Part shown: positions 15,501 to 27,949 of the stretch, piece by piece
Position numbering within the stretch: position 1 is the stretch's first letter
Layout of the letters: each line of letters opens with the position of its first letter
Assembly (NCBI GenBank): GCA_003344405.1
Contig: NOWV01000291.1
Location: 1 to 61,620, forward strand
Source: Trichoplax sp. H2
Lineage: Eukaryota
Length of the DNA stretch: 61,620 bases
Reading direction: 5' to 3'
Position numbers and translations under genes: made by a program
The notes under the pieces: generated by a model
The model's input: the letters and a program-made list of their open reading frames with translations, nothing else
What the model was told of the DNA's origin: nothing
Database searches by the model: none

Positions 15501-16608
15501 TGATATCATAACCATACATTGACCTATAAATCATCACAAATCATAAGATATTTCAAGGATCGATCGACTTTACTCGATCTTACTGTAGTAAATTTAAACG
15601 ATATTGTTACTGAGGCAAGCTCCGAAATAATAAAGACCTTGTTAATCAAAATATCTAATATAAATTGTTGTTTGTTCCGGTAGTCTAATAAGCGTTAATG
15701 AATACTTGTTTATTGATAAGGTTAATGTCTAAGTAATTGAATACTAATACCTAAGTGTAATCCAGCGGATCTAGTAGATTCTTTTACTAGGATTTATCTC
15801 CATAAAGTAAAGCCCTTAAACCTATTACCCGTTGGCAGCTTATCTGTGTAGTCGAGTGTTAGTTCAACTACGATAAGTCGCCTAAGTCAGTTGGGGACAC
15901 GAGTAGTCGTGATAATAGCGTTTAAGACCCGTTCGAAAGGGCAATTCGTAACAGATGTATAATAATTTTATACTTTAATCTACAATAGTATTCAATAGCG
16001 CAGCAATAGCCACTGCTTTTAAAAAGTTGTTTACAGCATTCGCCATTCGATATTACCATTAACTGTCATAGCTTATTTTTATAGATTACAAAAATTAGGT
16101 CTGAATATGCCAGCGGTAGAGTTTTAGTGGGGTACAGTATATTAAATAGGTTACTCACCATCATTAGAGCAATTTATTAAACGAATATTATGATGCCATT
16201 TACTTACTCTGAATGCGAACATCAGTTTGGGCGTATAGTATATATAAAAAATTTTGATGATACTGTGCAATTTTCCTTTTATCATGCTAATTGTAGAATA
16301 CTCTAACTAAAAGCGCTTTCCTTTCATCTCACCAGCAAATAAAAAATCTTATAATGCAACTTAAATAAAAATTATCTCTATGATAAATAGATGTCATCAG
16401 AATTTATTATAGTACAGTAATACAGTCTTCGCGGATTGTCTAATAGGATAAACTACTAAAATACAGAAAGCTTCTATCAACAGCTATTACATTTTTGTTC
16501 TAGTTGTATCGAAGGTCAAACAGCTGAATTATTCATTCACTTAATTGTGTGCAACGGGAAAGCTATTCCTACTTTTCACATTTTCAGCATGAGCAATCGA
16601 TCTGTCAT

Positions 16609-18070
16609 GTCTGCGATTCCTCAACAAATTAAGTCTCTTTACGAAAGAGTGTAGAAAATTATGAATCAGACTTTCATATTCGTGTTCCAAACAAGGGATA
16701 AAATTATTACCCTTACCCACATCGTGAGTAATTCCCATTTTTTTCATCAGTGATATATATAGAGAGCTTGGGAAATGGATAGAAGCAAAGGAATTGAATT
16801 AAAGTGCACTAAAAATAGCAAAAAAACTAAAGGAAGGAATGATCACGGCTGGATGTCTACACAGTCAAGCAAGAATTATGCAATTACTTGGATTGGATAG
16901 AGCACTGGATGATGATATCGAATCGCTAGATTTATATCGTTTAGTTGAGGATGATGAAGATATTGGCGATACTTATCTATTGACTACATAGTATATAAGA
17001 GGTGGTGTAGTTCGATAATCTGGCAATCGAGTACTTGAAAAGCTCGTGAATTCCAAAGCTAAGGAGATACCAAATAGATTATTACCCTTACCCTTACATC
17101 GTGAGTAATTTCCATTTTTTTTCAATACTTTGGTCAAGGCAAGGCCATCTGCCTTTCCTGTAATTCTTTCAGCATGTTTGCAAATTTACTGCTGAAATTA
17201 TAATAAACTGGTGATTTTTCCTGATTTTAGTTAGTGTTTAAGTGATTGCTAGTTTTAAAAAGTCAAGCTTTAAACAACTATTAGGCTATGATTGCTATAA
17301 TATTCTCCATTTGCTTAAAAATCTTTTCAAATTTTATAATCAGTCTTTGATCACAATTATTTTTATGTTACTACATCCTAGAGTAACATTGGTGTTCTCT
17401 ACAAATAAACTAATAGCAAGAAATTACATAAGGTTAGTAGAAGAAAAGAATGGTATTTACTGCATGTGTTGAATCATGCTAGGTTACAGCCTAGATATAC
17501 GTCATCAACTAGTTAAGTAGCTATAGTAAAGTAATGTAAAAAGATGTAAAATTTACAAGCTTATTGTGTAATTAGTAGATCTATCTGATGCGATAGAGGC
17601 GTAAGAAGTACTTTTTAAAATTATATAGAAAGAACAGCAGGAGAGAATTATAAACGCGAAAGAATGCTTATGATAGTTTATATCTATAATCAAACAGCAA
17701 TATAAGGGACATCTATTCTAATCAAAGTAAATATGAAGAACTTATTTCAGCACTTGAAAAATCACTCAAAATTCGATTATTTTCCGCGAGGACAATCTTT
17801 CTGAACTTGTGAAATCTTATAGCAACATTGTAAGTATTTATAAAAATCAGGGCAAGTACAATAAAGCTCTTTCTATATGTCAGAAATTGTAAAATACTCT
17901 TATTATAGATATTTTCGTCGTCATCACACTATGCTGCTGCATAATATAATACTCTGTGAGCTACTTATGATAATCGAGGCAATCATAACGAAGTTGCCTC
18001 TATGCATGAGGAATCTCACCAGATTTTGCTATCAACTCAGATTGCAATTATCCCAATATTGTGCGTATTA
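16609..18070 (+). pseudogene. Decayed TPR-repeat gene fragments
   Basis: From 16749 reads SDIYRELGKWIEAKELN*SALKIAKKLKEGMITAGCLHSQARIMQLLG. ~17695-18040 reads SNIRDIYSNQSKYEELISALEKSLKIRL / VKSYSNIVSIYKNQGKYNKALSICQK* / TYDNRGNHNEVASMHEESHQILLS. These are TPR-consensus-like, with stops and frameshifts. Confidence 0.8.
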
Positions 18071-19529
18071 ATAAGAAGAAGCGTTTTGTCAACCTTCTTT
18101 CAAAGAAAATAAAAATTTAGAATAATTTTGCTAAATGGCACAAACAATACAATGAAATTCTATACCGCTCAAGCAAATTTAAATCAAAAATTGTTGTACT
18201 TACCCGTAATTGAATAAAGAATTACTTAGTGCAATAATGTAATATAATGTAGGTGAACATACAGGCATACTGTAGCCTTATAATACGAGTAAATTATTGT
18301 ATTTTTCCTTTTATGCGGCAAAATAGATCAATAGTTTATCTTATCCCATTCTACCTCCTATCTGCTGTAAATTAATAGCACATTACAGGAATTATAGGTA
18401 CGCAATGCACAGTGTAATCCTATTATGATGATCTAGATCTGTTAAGGTAGCGAGTTTTACTTGCTAGTCATTTATGTTATAAACGAAATAGTTAAATACA
18501 GTACAGTATCTCTTTTAGCAATACGTTAATATTAAATATTCATGTGATACACCAACATGATATTAAACTAGCAATTCAATCGGTATAGTTGCTCTTTAGA
18601 GTAATATAAGCAATACGGATAATAATAATAATTATTATACTTGATATATCTGCCAGTATCTCTTTTAATCAGTAATGCAAACTCTGCCACTTAGTTGTAT
18701 TCTTTGAAAAATACTACAATAGTAAAGTAGCCTACGAAAGAATGATTTAAAGATACGAGATAACATTAATCGTTGTAATATTTTCATGTATCATTTTTCA
18801 TTGATAGCGACTTCTTTTTCAATAATTTAACTACAATAGGCCGGAACAAGTTTAAGTCAGTTTATGATATGTGAGTATAAATGCAACACATACATATGAA
18901 ATATAATTCGGAATAAGTTACGAAATTATAAGAAAGTACCGTATGATCTTATCATTTAGTCAATTTCATGTTTCGTTATTTATTCAAGATTATTTTTTTA
19001 ATTTTATGCTTATCTACAAGCCCAATAAGAATGTTAACTCAATACACAGTAGTCCATAAACTGTAATTTCTTGAGTTGACTATTAGGTCAATTATTCTAG
19101 GATAAAGAACGTTGAACTCGCCGTAGGTGTACAATATTTTCATATTACATTAATTAATTTTCAGAGAACACTCGATAAGGAAAGGTACATCATTTTCACA
19201 TTGTACTAGTTAGTATAATCACTCTCATATATCTTTCTGCTATTCTTAATAAAAGCAATCGTTCGCAAAGCAATTGGAATAAACTGCTTATATGACTGGT
19301 TTTGGATAAACAGTTGAACCTCACATTATTAGTACCATCCTAGCTGATGATAAAATGGAAATATCTCCATAATTTATGCGTAGGTAACTGTCAATTGCTA
19401 TCATAATTTTCATACTAACAGTTACAAAATTGAATCATACATTGACAAAATATTGTACAATATCACTTTATCGGATTTCTTCCGATTTTAAAATATGATT
19501 GGTCAATCCACTAAATCTATTAGCTTCAA

Positions 19530-19995
19530 AATGATAAGGATCTACACGAAAAGGATGCAGAACGACATCAATCCGGCGATTTAATGAAGTAATGTCTTAT
19601 TTTATTCTAGTCTTGATAAAATTTCAAGCAATATCTGAAAGTAATATCCATGCTGATCGACTTCGATGTAATATATATCAGATTTTAAGTAACCTATATA
19701 GAGATTAAGCTACACCCTAAATAACTGACGTACAATCCTACATACATTCATCTATTGCCTATCTACATCAATAATTTCAAAAATTCAGTAGTTTATTTAC
19801 AGTAGCATTATTTGAAATTTAGCCTATCTAATTTTTTTGAGCAGTAGAGATTTTAAAATATGAGTAATTGACTAATAAATTCCGTTATACCTCGGAACAG
19901 GAATCTCTATACAAAAAGTCTATAGAAAATCACCAGCCTCATATTATTAATGACGCAATGTCATATTTATGCAAGTTTTACTCGAAATGCAATAT
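19530..19995 (+). pseudogene. Further TPR-gene N-terminal relics (two diverged copies)
   Basis: DLHEKDAERHQSGD / NEVMSYFILVLIKFQAISESNIHADRLRCNIYQILSNLYRD* (TAA 19706-19708). A related copy, ESLYKKSIENHQPHIINDAMSY, lies at ~19900. Both resemble the 16.6 kb relic. Confidence 0.5.
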
Positions 19996-20698
19996 AATAC
20001 GAGTGAGTGTATCTTAACATGGCCCAAAACAAGTTTAGGTCTTAATAGAACATTCGAATCCTACATCCGTAGCTTAGCTATAAGTAGGCATTAATAAATG
20101 TTTTCTTTCGTTCATGCATTATGTTTTCGTGACTCCCTTCTTCTTTTTCAGCATATTCATTTTTAATAGCTAAAAATGTAAAATTTAGAGCCGTATTATG
20201 ACGTATATATGCTATGAATGGGTATAAATTAAAATTTAGTCATAAATGCATTCATACAGATATGCGATAAGTAGATATTAAGTCATTCATAAATTCCATT
20301 TATCCATATTTATCCGTGATTGCCTTTTTCTTTCCAATTTTATGCATATTTACAGACGCCCAAAGGTACAGACTCTTTACTTCATTAATTATTCCGTAAC
20401 CTACTATAGCATATTCTATGTCCTGGATAAAACATCACATGATTCGCCATACGTGTACTCCATTATTAATAATGTTATTATTATAAGTAATACTCCTATT
20501 CCATACTGCAGTGCTCTACCTCAAAATCTTGATGATTTTCCATATTGTATCGCAATCATGACGTAATCTATTAGTATTACCAGTAGTATGCAATAAAGCT
20601 ATAGGTTGAACTTGGAGAAAACTCCATCAATCTGCTAGCCGAAATTACTTTACCTTTCAATGCAAAACTGTTCCGTCTACGGTTAATCAAGTAATACT

Positions 20699-23600
20699 AT
20701 GGCGATGCCAAATAAACCTCTAAAAGGTACCCCTGAATTCCAAGCTTTAAAAGCATGCCATATGAATCTGATCTATACCATACCTACTGATGATGTACTC
20801 CATCAATTATTTGAAAAAGGCGTTATACCGGTTGATTTATTAGTTGGACAGGGTGTAGCAGTACCTTTCGAGAGGGCTAAAAATGAAAAATTACTCTTGC
20901 AGATTTACTCTGGTACTTTAGGAGATTTTTACACATTTTTAAGTGTATTGTGTAGTAAAAACTGTGTTAACAAACAGCCAAGTATTCGCTTGAAAGAAGA
21001 GCTACTTAAAAGAGGAATCGATGTGGAAAAAAGCAGAACAGGTATCCGTTATCGTTCAATATTGACAACGTGGCCGTTGCTATTCTATTCCTATTTATCA
21101 TGTTTGTATTAGAAGATCCAATTGTAATATATAAGAGGCAATAGTTGAATAATAAATAATATTGTCAGTGCTGATTATGTTCATTTTCATCTTCTGCTGT
21201 AATTTTTTATGATGTTATAAGATTAAGAACTCTCTAAACTTAGTCGTATAGAGGAAGCTTTTTGTTTACACTTTACTAGGAAAATAGCATTACTTGCGAA
21301 TTCTTTTGATATTCATTTCTATTACAAGAATGTAATAATCACCTAGACTATTCCTGGACAAATTCTTCTCGTCATTTTAATATTTTACATCTACCGCATA
21401 AAATTGTATCAAATATATTTTAATTCGACAATCGCCAACTACAGTTTGTCTTTCATTACTTCTATCTTCGCTGCCTTACTTCAATATCTAACCACTTACT
21501 ATACCTTTACTACCATTAGTAGCCATTAATCATAATGATATAATTACCTTCGTACTATTTTACTCTAAATTAGTAATGTCCAACCAATAAATTTCATTAT
21601 CCGATACTGCTGCGTTGGTACAGTACTTGCTTTTACGTTAATATTTATCTAGACTACCGACCAATCGACAATAATTAGTCATTACCCCACTGCGGCTAAA
21701 CTATAATCGAATTCACACTTATTTCAATGTTTAATTCTTTGAGTACGAAATAGCTTTATCAACGCACTAGGAAATCTCACTACAGTATAACTTTCACATG
21801 GTTTGCAACATGTTAATAATCTAGTGCATTTCAAGCAGAAGTGAAGGTGATCTCAAACAAATTAAGCTTCTAAAAATTGTAGATTATATAAGAGTAATTA
21901 AAATATACATAACCTATATAATATATTGTTAATTAATTATCGCCTTGCTACGGTACCTTGTTGTGTTGATATTCAGTGCATTACTCATATACTTGGATAT
22001 TTTTCTTGATTTTTTGGATACTATTTCTTTAGTCGAGAAAAGATACGATGTTCATTAATGATTTAATACTTTAGTTCTATGCCGTATATTAACAACGCAG
22101 TTGTTATTTCTATGAGTACGATGGGGAAAAAAATTGGCTACTGCCACTATAATATTTTTATGCATTTCGTGAACCCAAAGGAACGTGATTCGTCTAATTT
22201 GTCTATGGTTCAACTGAATTAAACAGAAACAAATTCTCGTTTTAGTTTATTATGCTAACAGTTATTGTACTGATTTAAAGATCCATATAAAGAGATGAGG
22301 GTGGAACCCTCTGAAGTTTATGTGTGGGGAAGTAAACGGAATTTACTCTTGGCGGCAGATGAAAAGGTAAGGCAATTTACGTATGATTAGAATCAGAGCC
22401 GTGGGGCTTATCAAGTATGGTAAAATGCCTGTAAGCACGTATTTGCAATCATTCTGACGGTAGATTAGAATTCTATTCAGGGTCTAATTAATAACTGATT
22501 ACGGTAGTAGGCATTCGTTATTTACTGTGATGTATATTAAAGATTTTCCAAGTTGCGTTATCCTATACGAACGTCATCGTACTTTTACTGTTTCCATTTC
22601 TCATAACATCGGAATCACCGTTGAGAATCATTATATCTTATTAACATATCGTGCAACTTCGTACAGTCGTATTTCAAATCACTATAATTTGGATCTGTAA
22701 GAGATTTTCGCAGTTCACTTTGTCTACTAGAAAATGTGATTATTGATGGGTATTTAATATACGTAGAAGCACATCCCATATTGGGATTTGAAGAATAATT
22801 GTGGTAAGGGCAATTAGAGAAGATTAAATCGGTAGTTAATATATTACTTGGGATTTTAATTGACAGAATCCGCTCGAACCTAACAAAAGTAAGCTACTAG
22901 AAAATCTGGATCCATCTGATATCGCTTGTGGATATGACTCCTTGTTTGTTGTTTCGAGAAATGGTGGCATTTTTGCTTGTGGTAAAGGGCATATGGGCTG
23001 TCTTGGTTTAGGAAACTGCGATGATGTTAATGTACCTAGACAGATTCCCCAACTTTTACCAGTGATGGTAACCACGGTCGCTATTCATCCAGGTGGTAGA
23101 CATGCAATGGCTCTAACAGCCGAAGGTAAAGTTTATTCGTGGGGTTGCGGTGATCGCGGTCAACTCGGCCATGGAAATACGCTGTAAGAAGCAAAAGATA
23201 CTATTTCTAATAATTTGTCGCTTCGATATTCGATAATTAATTATTATATGTGTATAACTTTAAATTTTAATTCGGCGAGTAAGCCAAAGATAATAGTTAT
23301 CCAATTCTGTTTTACTAATGTATCCTTTTCCGTGCTTTCTTGGTTATTGTTAGAGGATATCTGGACCCTACACTGATTGATGAGTTAAAATCAAAGGAAG
23401 TTACGAAAATTGCCTGTGGAGCAATGCATAGTATAGCCGTGCTATCGGATGGTAAAATATTTAGTTGGGGAGATGGTTCAAACGGAGCATTAGGTCATGG
23501 GAATAACCTGGCGCAACTACTACCGAAGAAGGTAAATATTAATCGCTTAAATAACAAGAAAATTTTCCGGGCATTTTATTTGCCAATAACTCCTTGTAGC

Positions 23601-24481
23601 TTACTTTGTCTAAATTATTGATTCGATTTTTTCTTCGTTTTCACTTTGCAAAAGATAATGTCGTTAAACGGCAAGCATATCATGGCTGTTGCTTGCGGAG
23701 AATGTTATACTATCGCGGTAGCTGGTGATGATGTTTGGTCATGGGGCCTTGGTGGCAATGGCGAATTAGGCTATGGAGTCGAAATGCCATCATACTATAT
23801 GCCTACAAAAATTGAAGCCCTCTTCTTTAAAGGTATAACAAATGTTGCTTGCGGCTATGCAACATCTTTTGCAGTGAGTGCGAATGGGAAGGTTTGGGCA
23901 TGGTACGTTATCTATTAACCAGATCTAACCATAATTGCAGTCAATCCTGTTTTATTTAGACGTTAGCGTTCGCCTACTTTATCAAGAAAGAAAGAATATA
24001 AGTTCAACATGACAGAACAGTACTTTATTTCATTTTTTGCAGGGGTTCTGGCGATCGTTTTAGGCTAGGACTTGGAAATGAAAAAGTAATTGTAAAGCCT
24101 AGGCAAATTCAAGGTGATTTAAAGGGTAAAAAAATCAAAAGAGTAGTGGCTAGCTTGTTCCATGCGTTGGCTATAGATGAAAATGGACAGGTAAATCAAC
24201 TATGTTATATCATGACAGAAACACAAAAGCTTTAATTTGCTATCAGAATGCATGCGGAAATAAAATAAATCTCGAATACCTCATCCGTCTACGAACATTT
24301 CTTATCGTTTAATTTCTACCTAACTTTTGCTATATAGGTTTACATTTGGGGTAGTCAAGAAATTGGGCCGGTAGGAAATGATGAAGATGCGGTTAATAAA
24401 CAACCCAAGAGCTTTAATTTGGTCAATAAGAAAATGTCTAATATAGCTTGTGGTAATGAAATCTCGATTGCCTGGACATAA
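20699..24481 (+). CDS. CARD-like death-fold + HERC2-type RCC1-like 7-bladed propeller protein, ~487 aa, 7 exons
   Basis: Exons 20699-21041, 22281-22366, 22867-23183, 23354-23531, 23655-23902, 24043-24190 and 24338-24481 join in frame via GT-AG introns. Exon 1 has a CARD-like pattern (LKACHMNLIYTIPTDDVLHQLFEKGVI...KNEKLLLQI...FYTFLSVL). The rest has RCC1 motifs (VAIHPGGRHAMAL, VYSWGCGDRGQLGHG, IACG...IAWT) resembling HERC2 RLD2/3. Confidence 0.85.
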
Positions 24482-27400
24482 AGCTTGTTACAGCTCTATA
24501 AAATACACACATTTGCCACTTAGTGTTAAAATATGAGTATTTTGCGGATAAAGCTTGAAAATAAGAAGTAAATATTAACAGTATATTGGTATTTGTTTAG
24601 AAATAACACCAAATATGCGTTAGTAAAAATGATCTCATAATAATTAAGTATTACAAATCTAACAAGAAGCAACAGCAGTGCATGTTGAGCTATGCAGCGA
24701 CTGCTAGTGTAATATTTTTTACCAGAGATGATAAGGAAAAGCATTATCATGTAGCTGTTAGAATTCCCAGCAAGGTAAACAGCCATCGAACATGGAAATT
24801 TTATATTGATATTTAATTGCATTCGTTCCTTCTACGTCAGAGATATTTATTATACAGCCTATCGGATGCTTCAGCACTCAGGCTAGCCTAGATAGAGCTA
24901 TAGCCACTTTTGTTGTTAGAAGCTTATAGATATTAACATATTTTAAGCTGCCTTACCTTGTCTTAGCTCAGAAAATAAATTTTGACTCAACACATAACAG
25001 GTTTTAGTACTGCAAAAATTTGTCATCAAGACGCACTGCTTCTTTAGTGTATATCTTACTGAAGGTTTTCACTATAGCTATAAGTATAGCTTAGTTAAAT
25101 ATAGGAAATGAAAAATATGCAAAGTTTTTCTACTGTACTTGAGCGAATTGTTTGCACCTTCATTGCTTACGTACTGTATGTGAAATTATTGCGGACAATA
25201 ACCCTATCAACCCTTAAGCAATGGCAATTAGCTAAATTTTTCCTTGCAGTGGCTCTTTTATTGCGCTGTATTTAATAAAAAGCGACAGATTATATCTTAA
25301 AATTAATTTGGAGATGTTTAGATAATCATAGGTTTGCGTTGCAGCAAAACAAGTAAAACAAAAGGCGGTGCTGTTGTAATTTTCAATTTCATTAGGATGC
25401 AACATTGCACCGTGGACAATGTACATGTTACTTCCAACAACATTCTTATATGTACTCTACTTAATTTTTTTTGGTAATAAATTTACTGGTCAAGCGGTAT
25501 CACTCATACTTTAGTTAACCAAAACCATTACACCTGACATAATATCAATACTCAATTTTCACTTACTACTATAAACACAAATAATGTATTACCCAACGAC
25601 TAAAGTATCACGTTGGCAATATTATTTTGTAACACAGCAGTTTGCGAGTATCAGTTGATAGAACTACAGATTAACAATCTAAACATACGAATTACTTAAC
25701 TTTATCATCAGCCATGAAAAGTAGGCAAAGTAGCAACAAATTAATGGATAATTCTATCATTAATTAACCACACAATGAAAAGGTTATGAATTAAAGGTTG
25801 CACTATATTTCTAGTGTACTGCTAGCTAGTTAAGCTGCCATTGGAGAATAATTCATGTATTAGGTAACATCTATTTGCTTAACATTGCTAAGATGTTGAA
25901 GCATTTGAGTAATATTAACGAATACAAGGTAGTATTACAGAAAGGACACTTCTTAACTATAATCCTACATAATTTGCAGGATACATTACTTTGAAAAAAG
26001 CGATATTAAATAAATCATGACTTAGACATAACAAGATAGTCCATGACAAAGGATTAATCACCAAAAAAACTGTATAATATGGTAAATACTTGATTTACAT
26101 TAATCAATTTGTATGACCAATTCAGGAAGGGGTTCGATAGTAGTACTTCTGTTAATGCAAAAAATAATCGCATTGATTTCAAACTGTTGTATAAAGGACA
26201 GCTGATGTGATAAAAGTTTATGAAAATTTTTGCATATCTAATTAACGCAGTATACTTTCAAAATTACAGCAACAGCAGTACGATTGTAGCTATCAGGCTA
26301 CCTACTAATCGATAGACCCTGTACAGTAATGTAGTACTCGTTCAGTACGAAGGTGATACCGCTAATGGGTAAGCAGAAGTATAAAAAAACAAGCAAGTAA
26401 AGCGTATCTTTCACAAATTAACCAATTTTTTTTAACACAACGAATCTATTTCAAACTGTGATACGTCAGATTTTGTAGCAACAATGGAAACTTGTAGACT
26501 GGAATAGGTTTCATAACAGTGAATAGCCATTCATGATACATTCGAGTGTATCATGTAGCTGAGAATCAGCCTACAAACTTTATACACAGACACTGCTTTA
26601 TCTTAGCGCTAGGATACTAAAAATTAGGATATTAAAAATGGTCAATTTATAAATAAAAAGTCGCTCCTACCACTGCATTGCCAATATCCTGCAGAAAGTC
26701 GTGATAAATACTTTATGTTAATAATATAAATAGATTGCAGCAATACTAGTGGCTAACCATTAATTGAAATTGGCCATACCAATCATGGTACTGTACAATA
26801 GGAGAGAGGGTTCAATCATTCGTTACGTTATCACTACCATCTTATTCCTCATCTACTATAGAGTAACTTAAAAATATGCCATGCGATCAAAATTTTACTT
26901 GTTTTAATGCATGGCATGCAATACGTCTTCTGGCTTGACTGCAATTAACGATTTAGCATAAACATGTAGATATCAATATCATTAGGAACTACACACCATA
27001 ACTGTAGAGATCACTTTGTGACCAAATTTGATACCATATTCTTTCCAATATTGACAGTTTCAACCTAGCCGTAACTTGATATCTCTACAAATGTGACGTT
27101 AACATCATCACAAGCAATTTCCGTTAACGAAAATTTGGTGTAGGCTTAATTGCCAGATGCTTTGAGCTCCTATAACGCTCCATTTCGTACTCATCGTCAC
27201 TTGATCGTAGCAATTCTAGCAAATCGTTTCTTGTATGTTTTGATCTATTAGCCAATCGCTAGCGATTAGTAGAAAGGTCCACAAGGTTGATAGAAGTTAT
27301 ACAACGTATCAGTTATCATTGACAACGTGATAAAAGTGATAGTATCGTCCAAAAACGGATGTTGCTATAATGCTGTAGTGGCATGAGTCAGCGTAGTTTT

Positions 27401-27949
27401 AATCATCAGTTCGCAAAGGTATCCATTCGATTACCTTCCATTCTGATTAGCACCAAGAGAAACGTGAAATGAACGAAATATACCTCCTCCATTAAGACAT
27501 CACTATTGATAACATCAGGAGTATTTTAATATTAGATTTGCTAGGACGATAAGGATGACGTTAACTTAAGCTAACTTTTAACCAATGCGGTTGCCAACTT
27601 TAAGTACGTATCAAGTATCAAATAGAGCACCAAGGACCCCTTCGACAGTTGCTAGATTATGCAAAGCCATTCTTTTGCGTCGAGTACTGCAGGATTAAAC
27701 TTTTTAGCTTTGACGAAATTTTCTCATCTATTTCTTATAAAAATATCACTTTTAAATTACTCTTTATCCAAGCCTTTTATTTGAGCTTATCGTATTGTAT
27801 TTCAATAATTTCAATCGTAACTAACTCCTTTGATATTAAGATGTCCATCTGGTAGGAAATTAAATCGTCGTCATTATATACAAAAATTCAGTAGCAAAAA
27901 TTACTAGAACCATTTACGTCGTATTACCTACCGCTGACGTTCGTTGGAG

